Positions 8,563 through 18,476 of a stretch of DNA of 57,699 bases are shown here, piece by piece. Each line of letters opens with the position of its first letter. The stretch's first letter is position 1. The notes beneath the pieces are model-generated. The model had not been told where the DNA came from. It did not search any database and saw nothing but the letters and a program-made list of their open reading frames with translations. A program made the position numbers and the translations under genes. The DNA comes from Bacteroides fragilis. GTDB lineage: Bacteria; Pseudomonadota; Alphaproteobacteria; Rs-D84. Location: the NCBI GenBank assembly GCA_963630775.1, contig CAVGNU010000006.1, positions 1 through 57,699 on the forward strand. The letters run 5' to 3'.

Positions 8563-10605
8563 TTATTCGTGATTACATTCACAGTTCTGATTTGCGGCGG
8601 TTTCCGCGTCGCATTTCGGACAGAACTCATGACGTCCCGGCAAATACCCGTGTTTTGGACAAATCGAGAATGTCGGTGTCAATGTCATGTACGGAATCTT
8701 GTAGTTTTCAAAGATTGTACGTACAATTTTCTGGGCGGCTTCGCCACTGGATACAGGTTCGCCCATATACAGGTGCAACATCGTGCCACCGGTATATTTG
8801 CGCTGTAATTCTTCTTGGTGTTCCAATGCGACAAATGGGTCGTCGGTAAAATTCACCGGCAACTGTGTCGAATTTGTATAGTATGGCGCATCGTGCGTAC
8901 CGGCCGTGATGATGTCTGGGAAATTTTTCACATCGGTTTTGGCAAAGCGGTATGAACAACCCTCGGCAGGGGTGGCTTCCAAATTATACAGGTTGCCTGT
9001 TTGTTCTTGGAAATTTGCCAAGTTTTCACGAATGAAATCCATCACGTCCAGAACTAATTTTTTGCCCATCGGGGTTGCGATGTTTTCGCGATCGCCTGTA
9101 AAGTTGCGAACCATTTCGTTCGCACCATTTACACCAATGGTTGAAAAGTGATGTTCCCAATTACCCAGATAACGGCGTGTGAACGGATACAGTCCACGTT
9201 CCATATTCTTGGTAATAATCTTGCGCTTGATTTCCAGCGAATCACGCCCCATGTCCAACAAACGTTTCAGTTCACGGAACAGCCCGTCGCGATCGTCACG
9301 ATGTACATAGCCCAAACGCGCCAAATTGATTGTAACAACACCGATTGAACCGGTCTTTTCAGCCGACCCAAACAGCCCCCCACCACGCTTTAACAATTCA
9401 CGTACGTCCAAACGCAGGCGGCAACACATAGAGCGCACGTCGGTTGGATTCAGGTCGGAATTCAAGAAATTCTGGAAATTTGGAATCCCGTATTTTGCTG
9501 CTAAATCAAACAAAGGTTTGACATTTGGGTGTTCCCATGGGAAATCATCGGTAATGTTATATGTTGGAATTGGGAATGTAAATGGACGACCTAGTGCGTC
9601 ACCTTCGGTCATAACCTCCAAAAATGCTTTGTTGATTGTATCCATTTCCGCTTGCAGGTCGCCGTATGTAAAATCAACCTGTTTTTTACCGATAAATGGA
9701 TGCTGGTCACGCAAGTCCTTTGGACACGTCCAATCAAATGTAAAGTTGATAAACGGTGTTTGCGTGCCCCAACGACATGGCACAGCACAGTTAAATATCA
9801 ACGTCTGCATTGCGTTTTTGACATCGGCATATGTCAGGTTATCAATTCTGACATATGGTGCCAGATACGTATCCACAGACGAAAACGCCTGTGCGCCTGC
9901 AAATTCATTCTGTAATGTGCCCAAGAAATTCACCATATGCGAAATGGCGGTTGCCATATGCTTGGCCGGTTCGCATTGCAGATACCCTGGGACGCCATTG
10001 AACCCCTCATACAACAATTCTCGCAAGGACCAGCCCGCACAATAACCTGTCAGCCAGCCCAAATCGTGAATATGAATAGATGCGTTCTTGTGCGCTTCTG
10101 CAATTTCGCGTGGGTACAGGTTCAGCCAGTATTCCGCCGTTACGCGTTCACTGGTACGCAAAATCAACCCGCCAATGGAATATCCAACGTTTGCATTTTC
10201 CTTGATGCGCCAATTCGAACCACCAACATACCCCTCAATCACTTCTACAGCATCAACGTATGAATCGCGAATTTCGCTGCGTTTCTGGCGATATATAATA
10301 TATGATTCGGCGGTTTTGTACGCCTTGGCGTCCATCAATGCCTGAATCACGTGTTCTTGAATTTGTTCAACCGATGGTATGCGGTCTGTAAAGGTTGCGT
10401 CTAACTTGTTCAAAACGTTTTGGGTAATTGTCGCCACATCCGCATCAGATATTTCCCCTGTGACCGCAACGGCCTTTTTAATTGCATCAAATATCTTTTT
10501 GGAATCAAACGGGACAGTTTCGCCACCGCGCTTTTGTACCGCGACCAATTTAGTCGTCAGCGTTGGAATAACCTGAATTTTTGTTTCGTTTTTTGCATCA
10601 GACAT
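8563..10605 (-). CDS. nrdD: anaerobic ribonucleoside-triphosphate reductase large subunit lacking its glycyl-radical tail
   Basis: N-terminal ATP-cone, 'TQTPFINFTFDW', 'NLEATPAEG', 'YYTNSTQLPV' and 'TPTFSICPKHGYLPGRHEFCPKCD' Zn site. The ORF stops right after the Zn site. Start set at MSDAKNE (10605), which has an AAGGGA Shine-Dalgarno. Confidence 0.9.
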   Translation of the reverse strand: MSDAKNETKIQVIPTLTTKLVAVQKRGGETVPFDSKKIFDAIKKAVAVTGEISDADVATITQNVLNKLDATFTDRIPSVEQIQEHVIQALMDAKAYKTAESYIIYRQKRSEIRDSYVDAVEVIEGYVGGSNWRIKENANVGYSIGGLILRTSERVTAEYWLNLYPREIAEAHKNASIHIHDLGWLTGYCAGWSLRELLYEGFNGVPGYLQCEPAKHMATAISHMVNFLGTLQNEFAGAQAFSSVDTYLAPYVRIDNLTYADVKNAMQTLIFNCAVPCRWGTQTPFINFTFDWTCPKDLRDQHPFIGKKQVDFTYGDLQAEMDTINKAFLEVMTEGDALGRPFTFPIPTYNITDDFPWEHPNVKPLFDLAAKYGIPNFQNFLNSDLNPTDVRSMCCRLRLDVRELLKRGGGLFGSAEKTGSIGVVTINLARLGYVHRDDRDGLFRELKRLLDMGRDSLEIKRKIITKNMERGLYPFTRRYLGNWEHHFSTIGVNGANEMVRNFTGDRENIATPMGKKLVLDVMDFIRENLANFQEQTGNLYNLEATPAEGCSYRFAKTDVKNFPDIITAGTHDAPYYTNSTQLPVNFTDDPFVALEHQEELQRKYTGGTMLHLYMGEPVSSGEAAQKIVRTIFENYKIPYMTLTPTFSICPKHGYLPGRHEFCPKCDAETAANQNCECNHE

Positions 10606-10629
10606 TTTTCTGTCCCTTATTTTGTTAAA

Positions 10630-10678
10630 ACACAACATCTAGTGGTTATTTTGTTTGTTTAATACCAATATATAGTTT
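10630..10678. promoter_or_regulatory. two NrdR-box-like palindromes upstream of nrdD
   Basis: ACACAACATCTAGTGG (10630-10645) and TACCAATATATAGTTT (10663-10678), compared with my recollection of the consensus acaCwAtATaTwGtgt. Centres are about 33 bp apart. Confidence 0.4.
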
Positions 10679-11047
10679 TATAGGTTTTCTATCAACACGT
10701 AAAACAGAAATTTTTTTGTATTTTTTACTTTACTTTTCAAAAAGCGGGTTTTCCGTATGATTGCGCTGTAACCGATTCCCCGAATCGGAATACTAAATAT
10801 GTTTTTGTGTCAATATTTGTACCAAAATGCACCTAAAAACGATTCGCAAAACACAAAAAATACAAAATATAGACGCGTTTTGCAAAAATTGTATCTATAT
10901 GTTGACAAAGTGTGTGTTTTTCTGTGCGAAATTGTCCGAAATATTAAAATAGGTTGAGTTTCCCATCTAAAAATGATTTAGTGTAGGTATATCTGGGTAA
11001 TGGTTATCCAGATTTTTACTTAAAACTAACAAAAGAGCATAATCATT

Positions 11048-12631
11048 ATGATGAAAAATGTGTATGAAATGCTGCGTGATGTTTGTTCCCAGAATAAAGA
11101 TCGTATTTTCTTTGTCAGACAGAATGAAACATATGCAGATCTGTTAAAGAAAGTAAAACAACGTGCAGTATTACTGGCACAACGTTTTGGTGTAAAAAAG
11201 GGCGACACGGTTGCAATTCTGTCGGGTAATACCCCAGAATTTATCAAATCGTATTTTGCCATTTTATCCCAGGGCGCACATGCATTGATGCTGGATACCG
11301 GCCTGTCACAGGCAGAACACCTGAACATGATGGCGCGCACCAATTGTAAATTGGCATTGGCGCAAAAATCGCACTTTGTTGATGGTGGCCCGACAATGTT
11401 CGATATCGAAACTATCGACGACACTGACGAAAACGATTTTGTTGCGGCGGACGTTGACTGTAACGATATTGCGATGATGTCTTTTACATCGGGTTCAACC
11501 GGCAATCCAAAGGTTGTTGGGCTGACGCATGATAACTTGTTATCATTGGCGCGGGGGGCATTGTTTTACGAACCGGTAATTCGCCCAGGGTACACATTCT
11601 ATGGATTCTTGCCACTGTATCATATATATGGTGTCGTCATCAATATTATCTCTCCTATTATTTTGCGAGGTCAATTATTGCTGCAACCAATATTGAACCC
11701 GCGCGAATTTTTGAAAGATTTCAAAGAATATAGACCAGAGGTTATTCCCGCCGTCCCACGCATATGGGAAGGATTCTATAAAAAGATTGTGGACAGCGCA
11801 CGTGAAAAACACATGTATACCGTTATGCGGATGGTGGTGTCATCGCGTCGCGTATTGCGCGCAATCGGATTGGGGTGCATCGTGGACAAGGTTACAAAGC
11901 CCGTTCATGCTATATTTGGTGGCAATACCAAGGTTCTGGTATCTGCGGGCGCAACACTGAAACCAACAATTCGCAAATTCTTTGAAAGTTTGGATTTTGT
12001 GGTCGGTGATTGTTATGGTTTGACAGAAACAACGGGGCCAGCAAACTTTAACTTTGCATTCCGTCGCCCTGATGGCTCTATGTATTACGCGGGGCCACTG
12101 CCGGGCAATGAAATCCAGATTCATAATCCAGATAAAGACGGTGTCGGCGAGATTTGGATGCGTGGCAATATGGTTATGCCAGGGTATCTGGATAATGACG
12201 AGGCAAACGCCGCCGCATTCGAAGATGGCTGGTTCAAGACGGGCGATTTAGGCAAATTGGATAAATATGGCCGCCTGATTGTCAAAGGGCGCAAGAAACA
12301 AGTCATTGTTCTGGACAGCGGTAAAAACGTATACCCCGACGAACTGGAAGATTTATATCTGCAAAACGATGAAATATTGGCGGCGGCGGTATTTGAATAT
12401 GTCATTGCTGGTAAAATCGTACCGTTTGCGGTATTTCAGGTAAAGCCCGGCACAACGGTCAACCGTATTGCCATATTGTTAAAAGCATCTAATTTGAAGA
12501 TTGCGACATACAAGTGGGTTAAACATTTTGCAATCACCGAAGAAGAATTGCCACAAACATCGGCCAAGAAAATCAAACATTTCGCAGTCAAAGAAATGTT
12601 GGATAATGGTGCGTTCCAACGCGCAGAATAA
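11048..12631 (+). CDS. AMP-dependent synthetase/ligase (long-chain-fatty-acid--CoA ligase-like)
   Basis: AMP-binding motif 'MSFTSGSTGNPKVV', 'GYGLTETT'-like 'CYGLTETTG', 'GWFKTGDLG' and 'GRKKQVI'. Confidence 0.85.
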   Translation: MMKNVYEMLRDVCSQNKDRIFFVRQNETYADLLKKVKQRAVLLAQRFGVKKGDTVAILSGNTPEFIKSYFAILSQGAHALMLDTGLSQAEHLNMMARTNCKLALAQKSHFVDGGPTMFDIETIDDTDENDFVAADVDCNDIAMMSFTSGSTGNPKVVGLTHDNLLSLARGALFYEPVIRPGYTFYGFLPLYHIYGVVINIISPIILRGQLLLQPILNPREFLKDFKEYRPEVIPAVPRIWEGFYKKIVDSAREKHMYTVMRMVVSSRRVLRAIGLGCIVDKVTKPVHAIFGGNTKVLVSAGATLKPTIRKFFESLDFVVGDCYGLTETTGPANFNFAFRRPDGSMYYAGPLPGNEIQIHNPDKDGVGEIWMRGNMVMPGYLDNDEANAAAFEDGWFKTGDLGKLDKYGRLIVKGRKKQVIVLDSGKNVYPDELEDLYLQNDEILAAAVFEYVIAGKIVPFAVFQVKPGTTVNRIAILLKASNLKIATYKWVKHFAITEEELPQTSAKKIKHFAVKEMLDNGAFQRAE

Positions 12632-12644
12632 TCGCACAAAACAT

Positions 12645-12681
12645 AAAACTGCCCGCGGTGCGGGCGGTTTTATGTTTTTTT
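12645..12681 (+). terminator. Rho-independent terminator
   Basis: CTGCCCGC-ggt-GCGGGCGG hairpin followed by T-runs. Confidence 0.7.
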
Positions 12682-12751
12682 AATCTGATATATTGACAAA
12701 ACGCGCATTTGGGCTATATTAAACAGTGTGAGGAAACAAAAGGATTTGCAC

Positions 12752-13567
12752 ATGGCGACACTGAATAACGAGCAGGTGCGGGGTATCATCAGGTACAATA
12801 CCCATATTCCATACTTTGATAAAATGACGCCCGTGGCGTTGCATGACGCGTACGGTCAAATCAAATCTACCAATTCATGGGACAGACCGACACATTCGGT
12901 GACAATTCGTATCGGTAACATTGATGGGAACGTTATTTGTAATGCGCTGTGGAAAGAAATGTCGTTAAATCCTGCGCGCTTTGGTGCTGTATCGCCGTTT
13001 ATGTTTAACGGCAAAAATGACATTTATCGTTTCTGCAAGACCTGCGTCGCAGATAAATCCGGTGTAACTGGTCAGTTGATAGATGCAATTCGTCATAACC
13101 TGATTGCATATATGACATTGAACCGCGGGCACAATAACGCATGGCGCGATCATATTTTGACGATGCCCGATGGAACAATCAATATTTTCTTGGACGTAAA
13201 CGGTGCCCCGAACAAGCAATATAAAATGTTGGCGCAATTGAACAAAAGTGTACATTCAATCGCATCGCAAAATATGGCTGATTTTCGTAAAAAGCGTTTT
13301 CGGGATGAAATTATCGCGGCGGTGTCGGCGCGCTATCCTGATGGCACGCGCCAGGGCATGGTTACAAAAAAATCGCCAGTGTCGGCTGTGCCTGCACCAA
13401 CAACAACCATTGCGCCATTTTCTGACGAAGAATACCGCTTGGACGAAATGGCGGAAAGCGCGCAAATCACATTGGACAATGCCCAGTATGTCAGCAGCGA
13501 GCAATTTGAACATGCGCAACAGGATTTAGAATTTATCAGAATCGCGCGCGATGCGCACACGTATTAA
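12752..13567 (+). CDS. hypothetical protein (271 aa)
   Basis: Clean ORF. Start set at the ATG 12752 (MATLNNE) behind AGGAAACAAAAGGA. No motif recognised. Confidence 0.55.
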   Translation: MATLNNEQVRGIIRYNTHIPYFDKMTPVALHDAYGQIKSTNSWDRPTHSVTIRIGNIDGNVICNALWKEMSLNPARFGAVSPFMFNGKNDIYRFCKTCVADKSGVTGQLIDAIRHNLIAYMTLNRGHNNAWRDHILTMPDGTINIFLDVNGAPNKQYKMLAQLNKSVHSIASQNMADFRKKRFRDEIIAAVSARYPDGTRQGMVTKKSPVSAVPAPTTTIAPFSDEEYRLDEMAESAQITLDNAQYVSSEQFEHAQQDLEFIRIARDAHTY

Positions 13568-13590
13568 AAAACGCCCGTTTGGGCGTTTTC
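13566..13590. terminator. bidirectional hairpin terminator shared by convergent genes
   Basis: AAAAAACGCCC-gttt-GGGCGTTTT. Confidence 0.7.
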
Positions 13591-14828
13591 TATTTGCAAA
13601 CCGCGGTGTACGGCGCGAATGATTGTTCAGTATCAATTTCCCCGTCGCCACAATCCAGACAGTTAAACCGTCTGTTCTGGTTATGTGTGCGGTCAATTGG
13701 CACATTCTTGCCTGACATTTCTGGAATGTTGCCGGCATAGTTTTTGTTCGGAAATCCGAAATAGAATGCACGACTGCGCCCACTGCATTCACTGGTTGTG
13801 GTATAACAACTGGGGTCGGTCAGTTTGGATGTATCAGGTATGCAATATGACGCGCATGTGTCGGTGTCTAGTATCATTTTTTCGCACGGGGTGCATGATG
13901 TTTGGTTTGCACGCAGGGTCGCGCCAACTGACCCGTGTATCGCGCCACTGGTGAACCGGCTGCATTTTGTGATATTTTCCCCCTTGGACGTATCCGCCAC
14001 GCATTCCCAGTTCAATGTGTCATAGTTCAGACGTGCCACCATATTATCAGGACATGCTGTTGTCGGAAATGGATTTACGCATTCCCATACCTCGTCAACG
14101 ATAATCGCGGTCTGTTGCGCTGCGCACAACGGCTTTCTGGATTCGTCCGCCACACATTCCAGTAAATCTGAATCCCAAATCATATCGCCGCCACAATCGG
14201 TCTTGGTGTTTATGCCAATGCATTGCCAACGTCCAAAACGATACGTTTTAATTGTCCCCGTCGGACATGTTATATCTGTCATGGTGGTTGTGGTGTCGTC
14301 ACTGGCGATATTTGTAATATCATATTGCGTCATGTACACCAGTTGTCCATCACCCAATTCCATCGTTTTCATGATTGTTTTGGGCACAGTGTACTTTGAA
14401 CTAATTGCGCCCGACACAATTTTCCCGTCCATCAAAATTCCGAATGTGCCGGCATCAGCATAATATTGTTCCAGTATTTCAAACATACTGTTGTATTCAT
14501 CTGGGTTCAACGCGCCGGTTGCGGTGATTATATAACTGTATGCGGGTTTTTTGTTTTTGACGATTTTGCATTCTGTTTCTTTCATGCTGGCATTCATACA
14601 GAACAGGCGACTGGCAATATGGTGCTGTGCGACGCAAACGTCATCAAATGTTGTACCTTTTATCAAGGCATTATGAACCGCCGCCGCGCATTGGGCAATC
14701 GCGCGCAAGTCAGCGCGCTGGGCAGCATATTCGGTTTCAATTTCTGGGACGCGTACGCTGGGGCTGTCGATGATATAGTATCCCAACATGAATATAGCCA
14801 CCAATACCATCAGAAAAATATTCATCAT
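13590..14828 (-). CDS. hypothetical N-terminally anchored Cys-rich protein (412 aa)
   Basis: N-terminal TM helix 'IFLMVLVAIFMLGYYII'. The C-terminal half has many Cys in repeats of the type 'W(E/Q)C(V/I)' (RWQCIG, LLECVAD, VWECVNP, NWECVAD). GAGGGA Shine-Dalgarno. Confidence 0.6.
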   Translation of the reverse strand: MMNIFLMVLVAIFMLGYYIIDSPSVRVPEIETEYAAQRADLRAIAQCAAAVHNALIKGTTFDDVCVAQHHIASRLFCMNASMKETECKIVKNKKPAYSYIITATGALNPDEYNSMFEILEQYYADAGTFGILMDGKIVSGAISSKYTVPKTIMKTMELGDGQLVYMTQYDITNIASDDTTTTMTDITCPTGTIKTYRFGRWQCIGINTKTDCGGDMIWDSDLLECVADESRKPLCAAQQTAIIVDEVWECVNPFPTTACPDNMVARLNYDTLNWECVADTSKGENITKCSRFTSGAIHGSVGATLRANQTSCTPCEKMILDTDTCASYCIPDTSKLTDPSCYTTTSECSGRSRAFYFGFPNKNYAGNIPEMSGKNVPIDRTHNQNRRFNCLDCGDGEIDTEQSFAPYTAVCK

Positions 14829-14919
14829 TCCCTCTTGCGATTTATTAAAACTCTAAGTAATATAATAAAAAAAAGCAACAGGAAAACGCACACAGACATC
14901 AAAAAAGGGTATATGCGCA

Positions 14920-15402
14920 ATGAAGAAAATTCTGGTGATTTTATGTGTTTTGACGTTGGGGGCGTGTGGTTTTCGTCCTATGTTTTCTGGGAACGATACA
15001 GACATCTACGTTGCACCAATCAGTGGCATAAATGGGATTGATTTGCGTAATGCATTGAATGCAAAATTCGGGGGTGCGCGCACGCCTGATGCCGAATACA
15101 TATTGACCATTGATTTGGCCGAACCATATACCCAGTACAAGGCATTGGAATCAACCGGCGACGCCACTTGGCAAGAGGTTGGCTTGCGTGCAAATTACAC
15201 ACTGCGTCGTGGCGACACAGAAATTGCACATGGGGTCGAACAGGCGGCTGAATCATACACATTTGTGCGGTACTTGGTTGCGGCAAACGCGTCATATAAT
15301 AGTGCCGTCAGAAATGCAATTATGGTATTGGCAGATAAAATCAGTACGCGTACAATTGCCGAAACATCACGCGCACAATCACAATCCAGTGGTCAAAAAT
15401 AA
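14920..15402 (+). CDS. lptE: LPS-assembly lipoprotein LptE
   Basis: Lipobox 'LTLGAC' then 'GFRPMF'. The position immediately upstream of holA (TAATG overlap) is typical of alphaproteobacteria. Confidence 0.75.
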   Translation: MKKILVILCVLTLGACGFRPMFSGNDTDIYVAPISGINGIDLRNALNAKFGGARTPDAEYILTIDLAEPYTQYKALESTGDATWQEVGLRANYTLRRGDTEIAHGVEQAAESYTFVRYLVAANASYNSAVRNAIMVLADKISTRTIAETSRAQSQSSGQK

Positions 15403-16394
15403 TGAAATGGAAAGAAACAGATTTTAACGCAGGTATTGAAAAAATCACGGCGGTTTTGTTGTATGGGCCGGATGCTGGGCGTATTGATGAATACTGTGAT
15501 ACGGCAATCAAAAAACTGGAAATTGACAAGGACAACCTGTTTGCGCTGGACGCCGATGATTTTCGGGACAAGCAAGATGCCTTGTTCGCGGAAAGTTGCA
15601 CGCCATCAATGTTTGGCGGACGCAAAATGGTTATTATATCTGGTGCGGGCGATGCAATGACGTCGCGTATTGCCGAACTGATTGAACACAATGGCCTGTG
15701 CGCAACGGTCTTGGTATGTGCTGGTGATTTGCGCATGGGGTCACTGCGCACATATTTCGAAGATGACAAAAAAACAAATGTTGCCGCATTGCCATGCTAT
15801 ACTGACGATGCGCGCGCATTGGCAACACTGATACGCAGTGAACTGTCCGCGGCGGCGGGTATCAAGCAAATTACACCCGACGCAATGGCGTATATGACGG
15901 CACACTTGGGTGGCGACCGTGCAATTACGCGCGGGTTCTTGACCAAAATTGCATTGTATGTTGATGATAAAAAGACCGTTGAATTGGACGATGTGGAAAA
16001 ATGTCTGCCGGATACGGGCGCGGTTGTTGCGGATGATTTCTTTTATTCACTGACGGCGGGGTATATCGCCCAAACGATGCAGGCGTTGGACAGATTACTG
16101 TACGCGGGCGTTGATTCAAACAAACTGTTGCGCCAATTACAAATGCATTTCAAAAAATTACAGGTTGCAGTTGTTGATGGACAACTGCCGAACCTGTTTT
16201 GGAAGGTTCGCGATAAATTCAACATGGCGATAAAGATTTGGCCTGCATCTGAAATTGATGCGGTGCTGGTGCGCCTGTCTGAATTGGAACGACAAATTCG
16301 CACAACCGGTATGCCGGTCGAGGTTTTATTTCGTGATTTCGCACTGAAATTGGCCCTGCGTGCAAACCGCTTATCAATCAAGAGAAGGAACTGA
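15402..16394 (+). CDS. holA: DNA polymerase III subunit delta
   Basis: 'AVLLYGPDAGRIDE', 'CTPSMFGGRKMVII', 330 aa, and synteny with lptE. Confidence 0.8.
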   Translation: MKWKETDFNAGIEKITAVLLYGPDAGRIDEYCDTAIKKLEIDKDNLFALDADDFRDKQDALFAESCTPSMFGGRKMVIISGAGDAMTSRIAELIEHNGLCATVLVCAGDLRMGSLRTYFEDDKKTNVAALPCYTDDARALATLIRSELSAAAGIKQITPDAMAYMTAHLGGDRAITRGFLTKIALYVDDKKTVELDDVEKCLPDTGAVVADDFFYSLTAGYIAQTMQALDRLLYAGVDSNKLLRQLQMHFKKLQVAVVDGQLPNLFWKVRDKFNMAIKIWPASEIDAVLVRLSELERQIRTTGMPVEVLFRDFALKLALRANRLSIKRRN

Positions 16395-16398
16395 TAAA

Positions 16399-17160
16399 AT
16401 GCTGGCATCTGTTTATGCGCCAAAAGATTTCAAACGTCTGCGTGCATCGGGCGATTTGGTGGCGCGTTGTTTTGATTATATTACCCCGTATATTCAGGCG
16501 GGTATTTCCACTGGTGAAATTGATCGTATGGTTGCATCATGGTTGCACGCGAATGGTGCACGTTCATCCGACTTGGGATACGAAGGATATCCAAAAAGCA
16601 TCTGCACATCGGTCAATGATGTTATTGTGCACGGTATCCCCAGTGATGATTGCATTTTACAAGATGGCGATATCGTCAACGTTGACCTGACCGCGGAATA
16701 CAAGGGCTTTCATGGCGACATGTCACGTATGTTTATGATTGGCCACGTTACGCCCCGTGCGCGCGAATTGGTGCAAACATGCCAAGATGCACTGAATGCC
16801 GCCATTGCCGTGTGTGCCCCTGGTGTGCCATTGTCTGAAATCGGCAAAACGATAGAGGCCGTTGTTAAACCACATGGTTTTTCAATTTCGCGCGATTTTG
16901 TTGGCCATGGTATTGGCAAGGTTATGCATGATGATCCACAAATTTATCACTTTTACGATCCCATATGGGACAAGGTAAAAATGGTTCCGGGCCTGGTGTT
17001 CACGATTGAGCCGATGATAAACACAGGTCGTCCAGATTGCAAAATTGATGCCGACGGTTGGACGGCGCGCACGGTTGATGGTGGTCTGTCTGCCCAGTGG
17101 GAACACACACTGGGTATCACCGAAGATGGCGTTACAATTTTCACTGAACGTATGATATAA
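16399..17160 (+). CDS. map: type I methionine aminopeptidase
   Basis: 'GYEGYPKSICTSVNDVIVHGIP', 'GDIVNVDLT', 'GHGIGKVMHDDP', 'FTIEPMIN' and 'AQWEHTLGIT'. Confidence 0.95.
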   Translation: MLASVYAPKDFKRLRASGDLVARCFDYITPYIQAGISTGEIDRMVASWLHANGARSSDLGYEGYPKSICTSVNDVIVHGIPSDDCILQDGDIVNVDLTAEYKGFHGDMSRMFMIGHVTPRARELVQTCQDALNAAIAVCAPGVPLSEIGKTIEAVVKPHGFSISRDFVGHGIGKVMHDDPQIYHFYDPIWDKVKMVPGLVFTIEPMINTGRPDCKIDADGWTARTVDGGLSAQWEHTLGITEDGVTIFTERMI

Positions 17161-17177
17161 GGGCAGGGCGCAAAATA

Positions 17178-17858
17178 ATGGCGGGTTCGGACACTGATTT
17201 TCATATGGGGCATCGCGAACGTCTGCGCCAGAAATTCTTGGACGGCAAACTGGCTGATTATGAATTGCTAGAAATGCTGTTGGGCTATGCAATACCGCGT
17301 CGCGATGTGCGTCCGTTGGCGCGCGCGTTGATGGCACAATTCGGTGGTGTTCATCAAATCTTGGCCGCATCGTTGGATAAATTGATTGCGTTTCGTGGTA
17401 TGGGACGCAATACTGCAATTTTATTGAAATCAATAAACCAGATTATGGCAACCGGCTATCGCGAAAAACTGACCGAACAGCCAATCTTTCGTGATACGAC
17501 GGCGGTTGCAAATTATTGTCGCACTATATTATCCGGCAAAACAACCGAAGAAATGCACGTGTTTTATCTGGGGACTGAACTATGCATGCTGGCTGATGAT
17601 ATACACAGTTGTGGCACAAATGACGAAGCGGTCGTGTACCCACGTGAAATTCTGAAACGTGCGCTGGTGCTGAACGCACGCAGTGTCGTTTTGGTGCATA
17701 ATCACCCAACGCCAAATAAATCTTTTTCAACCGCCGACATAGAAATCACGACCGCGGTCAGGGATTTGCTGGCCGCGGCGGGAATCGAATTGTTTGACCA
17801 TTTTGTCGTGTCGGGTTCTGTCGTGTATTCGGCACGTAATATGTTTTTGTTAAAATAA
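17178..17858 (+). CDS. radC: RadC-family JAB/MPN domain protein
   Basis: 'GHRERLRQKF', HhH region, and 'VLVHNHPTPNKSFSTADIEITTAV' JAB motif. Confidence 0.9.
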   Translation: MAGSDTDFHMGHRERLRQKFLDGKLADYELLEMLLGYAIPRRDVRPLARALMAQFGGVHQILAASLDKLIAFRGMGRNTAILLKSINQIMATGYREKLTEQPIFRDTTAVANYCRTILSGKTTEEMHVFYLGTELCMLADDIHSCGTNDEAVVYPREILKRALVLNARSVVLVHNHPTPNKSFSTADIEITTAVRDLLAAAGIELFDHFVVSGSVVYSARNMFLLK

Positions 17859-18473
17859 ATCCGCAACATCACATACGACGCGCATTTGCTGTGCGTCCGA
17901 CGCATTCAGTTCGCCATGGCGAAATGTGTACGTCGTTTTCGTTGCCATTGTTGGCGTAATCCATGTGTCCGACCATTCGCGCGAAATAATATCAACCCGA
18001 AACGCCGGCCGAAATACAAAGCGCAATTTGCGCAGGGCACATTCCGCCCCCTCGGTCGTGCGAAACCCGTCAGGTGTAATGTCCGTGTATCCGTTCTTGG
18101 TATTCAATTCCAACTTATATTCATAATAGAAATGGTCTGTGCCGTTTTCAACGCGTGTGCGTGTTATGCGGTCAATCCGACCATCTGAATTTATATCGCG
18201 GTTAAAAACATCAATGTTGGCAATGCCTGCGCCATATTCGTCCAGTTCGCCCACCGTTGCGGCGTCGGCCCCGCCCAATCCATCGTTAAATTCGCCATTC
18301 GCATTGCGTGATGGCATAGTGTCGTCCATAATGGCAGCGGGTGACACGACGGTGGTGGTGCTGGTTGTGAAGGGATTTTTCCCGCCCAGTAAAATGTACA
18401 GCATAACCCCAATCGCCACCAGCATAATGGCAAACATAATATTGAATCCGATACTGCCACGTTGTGTGTTCAT
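17850..18473 (-). CDS. hypothetical membrane-anchored protein (207 aa)
   Basis: N-terminal TM 'FNIMFAIMLVAIGVMLYILL'. Third gene of a tightly packed minus-strand operon (3-nt gap). Confidence 0.55.
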   Translation of the reverse strand: MNTQRGSIGFNIMFAIMLVAIGVMLYILLGGKNPFTTSTTTVVSPAAIMDDTMPSRNANGEFNDGLGGADAATVGELDEYGAGIANIDVFNRDINSDGRIDRITRTRVENGTDHFYYEYKLELNTKNGYTDITPDGFRTTEGAECALRKLRFVFRPAFRVDIISREWSDTWITPTMATKTTYTFRHGELNASDAQQMRVVCDVADLF

Positions 18474-18476
18474 GAA

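Noticed and set aside
10680..11047. A 370-nt AT-rich intergenic region between nrdD and the acyl-CoA ligase gene, scanned for riboswitch or sRNA signals.
   Set aside because: I found only short isolated hairpins (CCGATTCCCCGAATCGG, CTGGGTAATGGTTATCCAG). There is no promoter-terminator pair and no similarity to the leader family.
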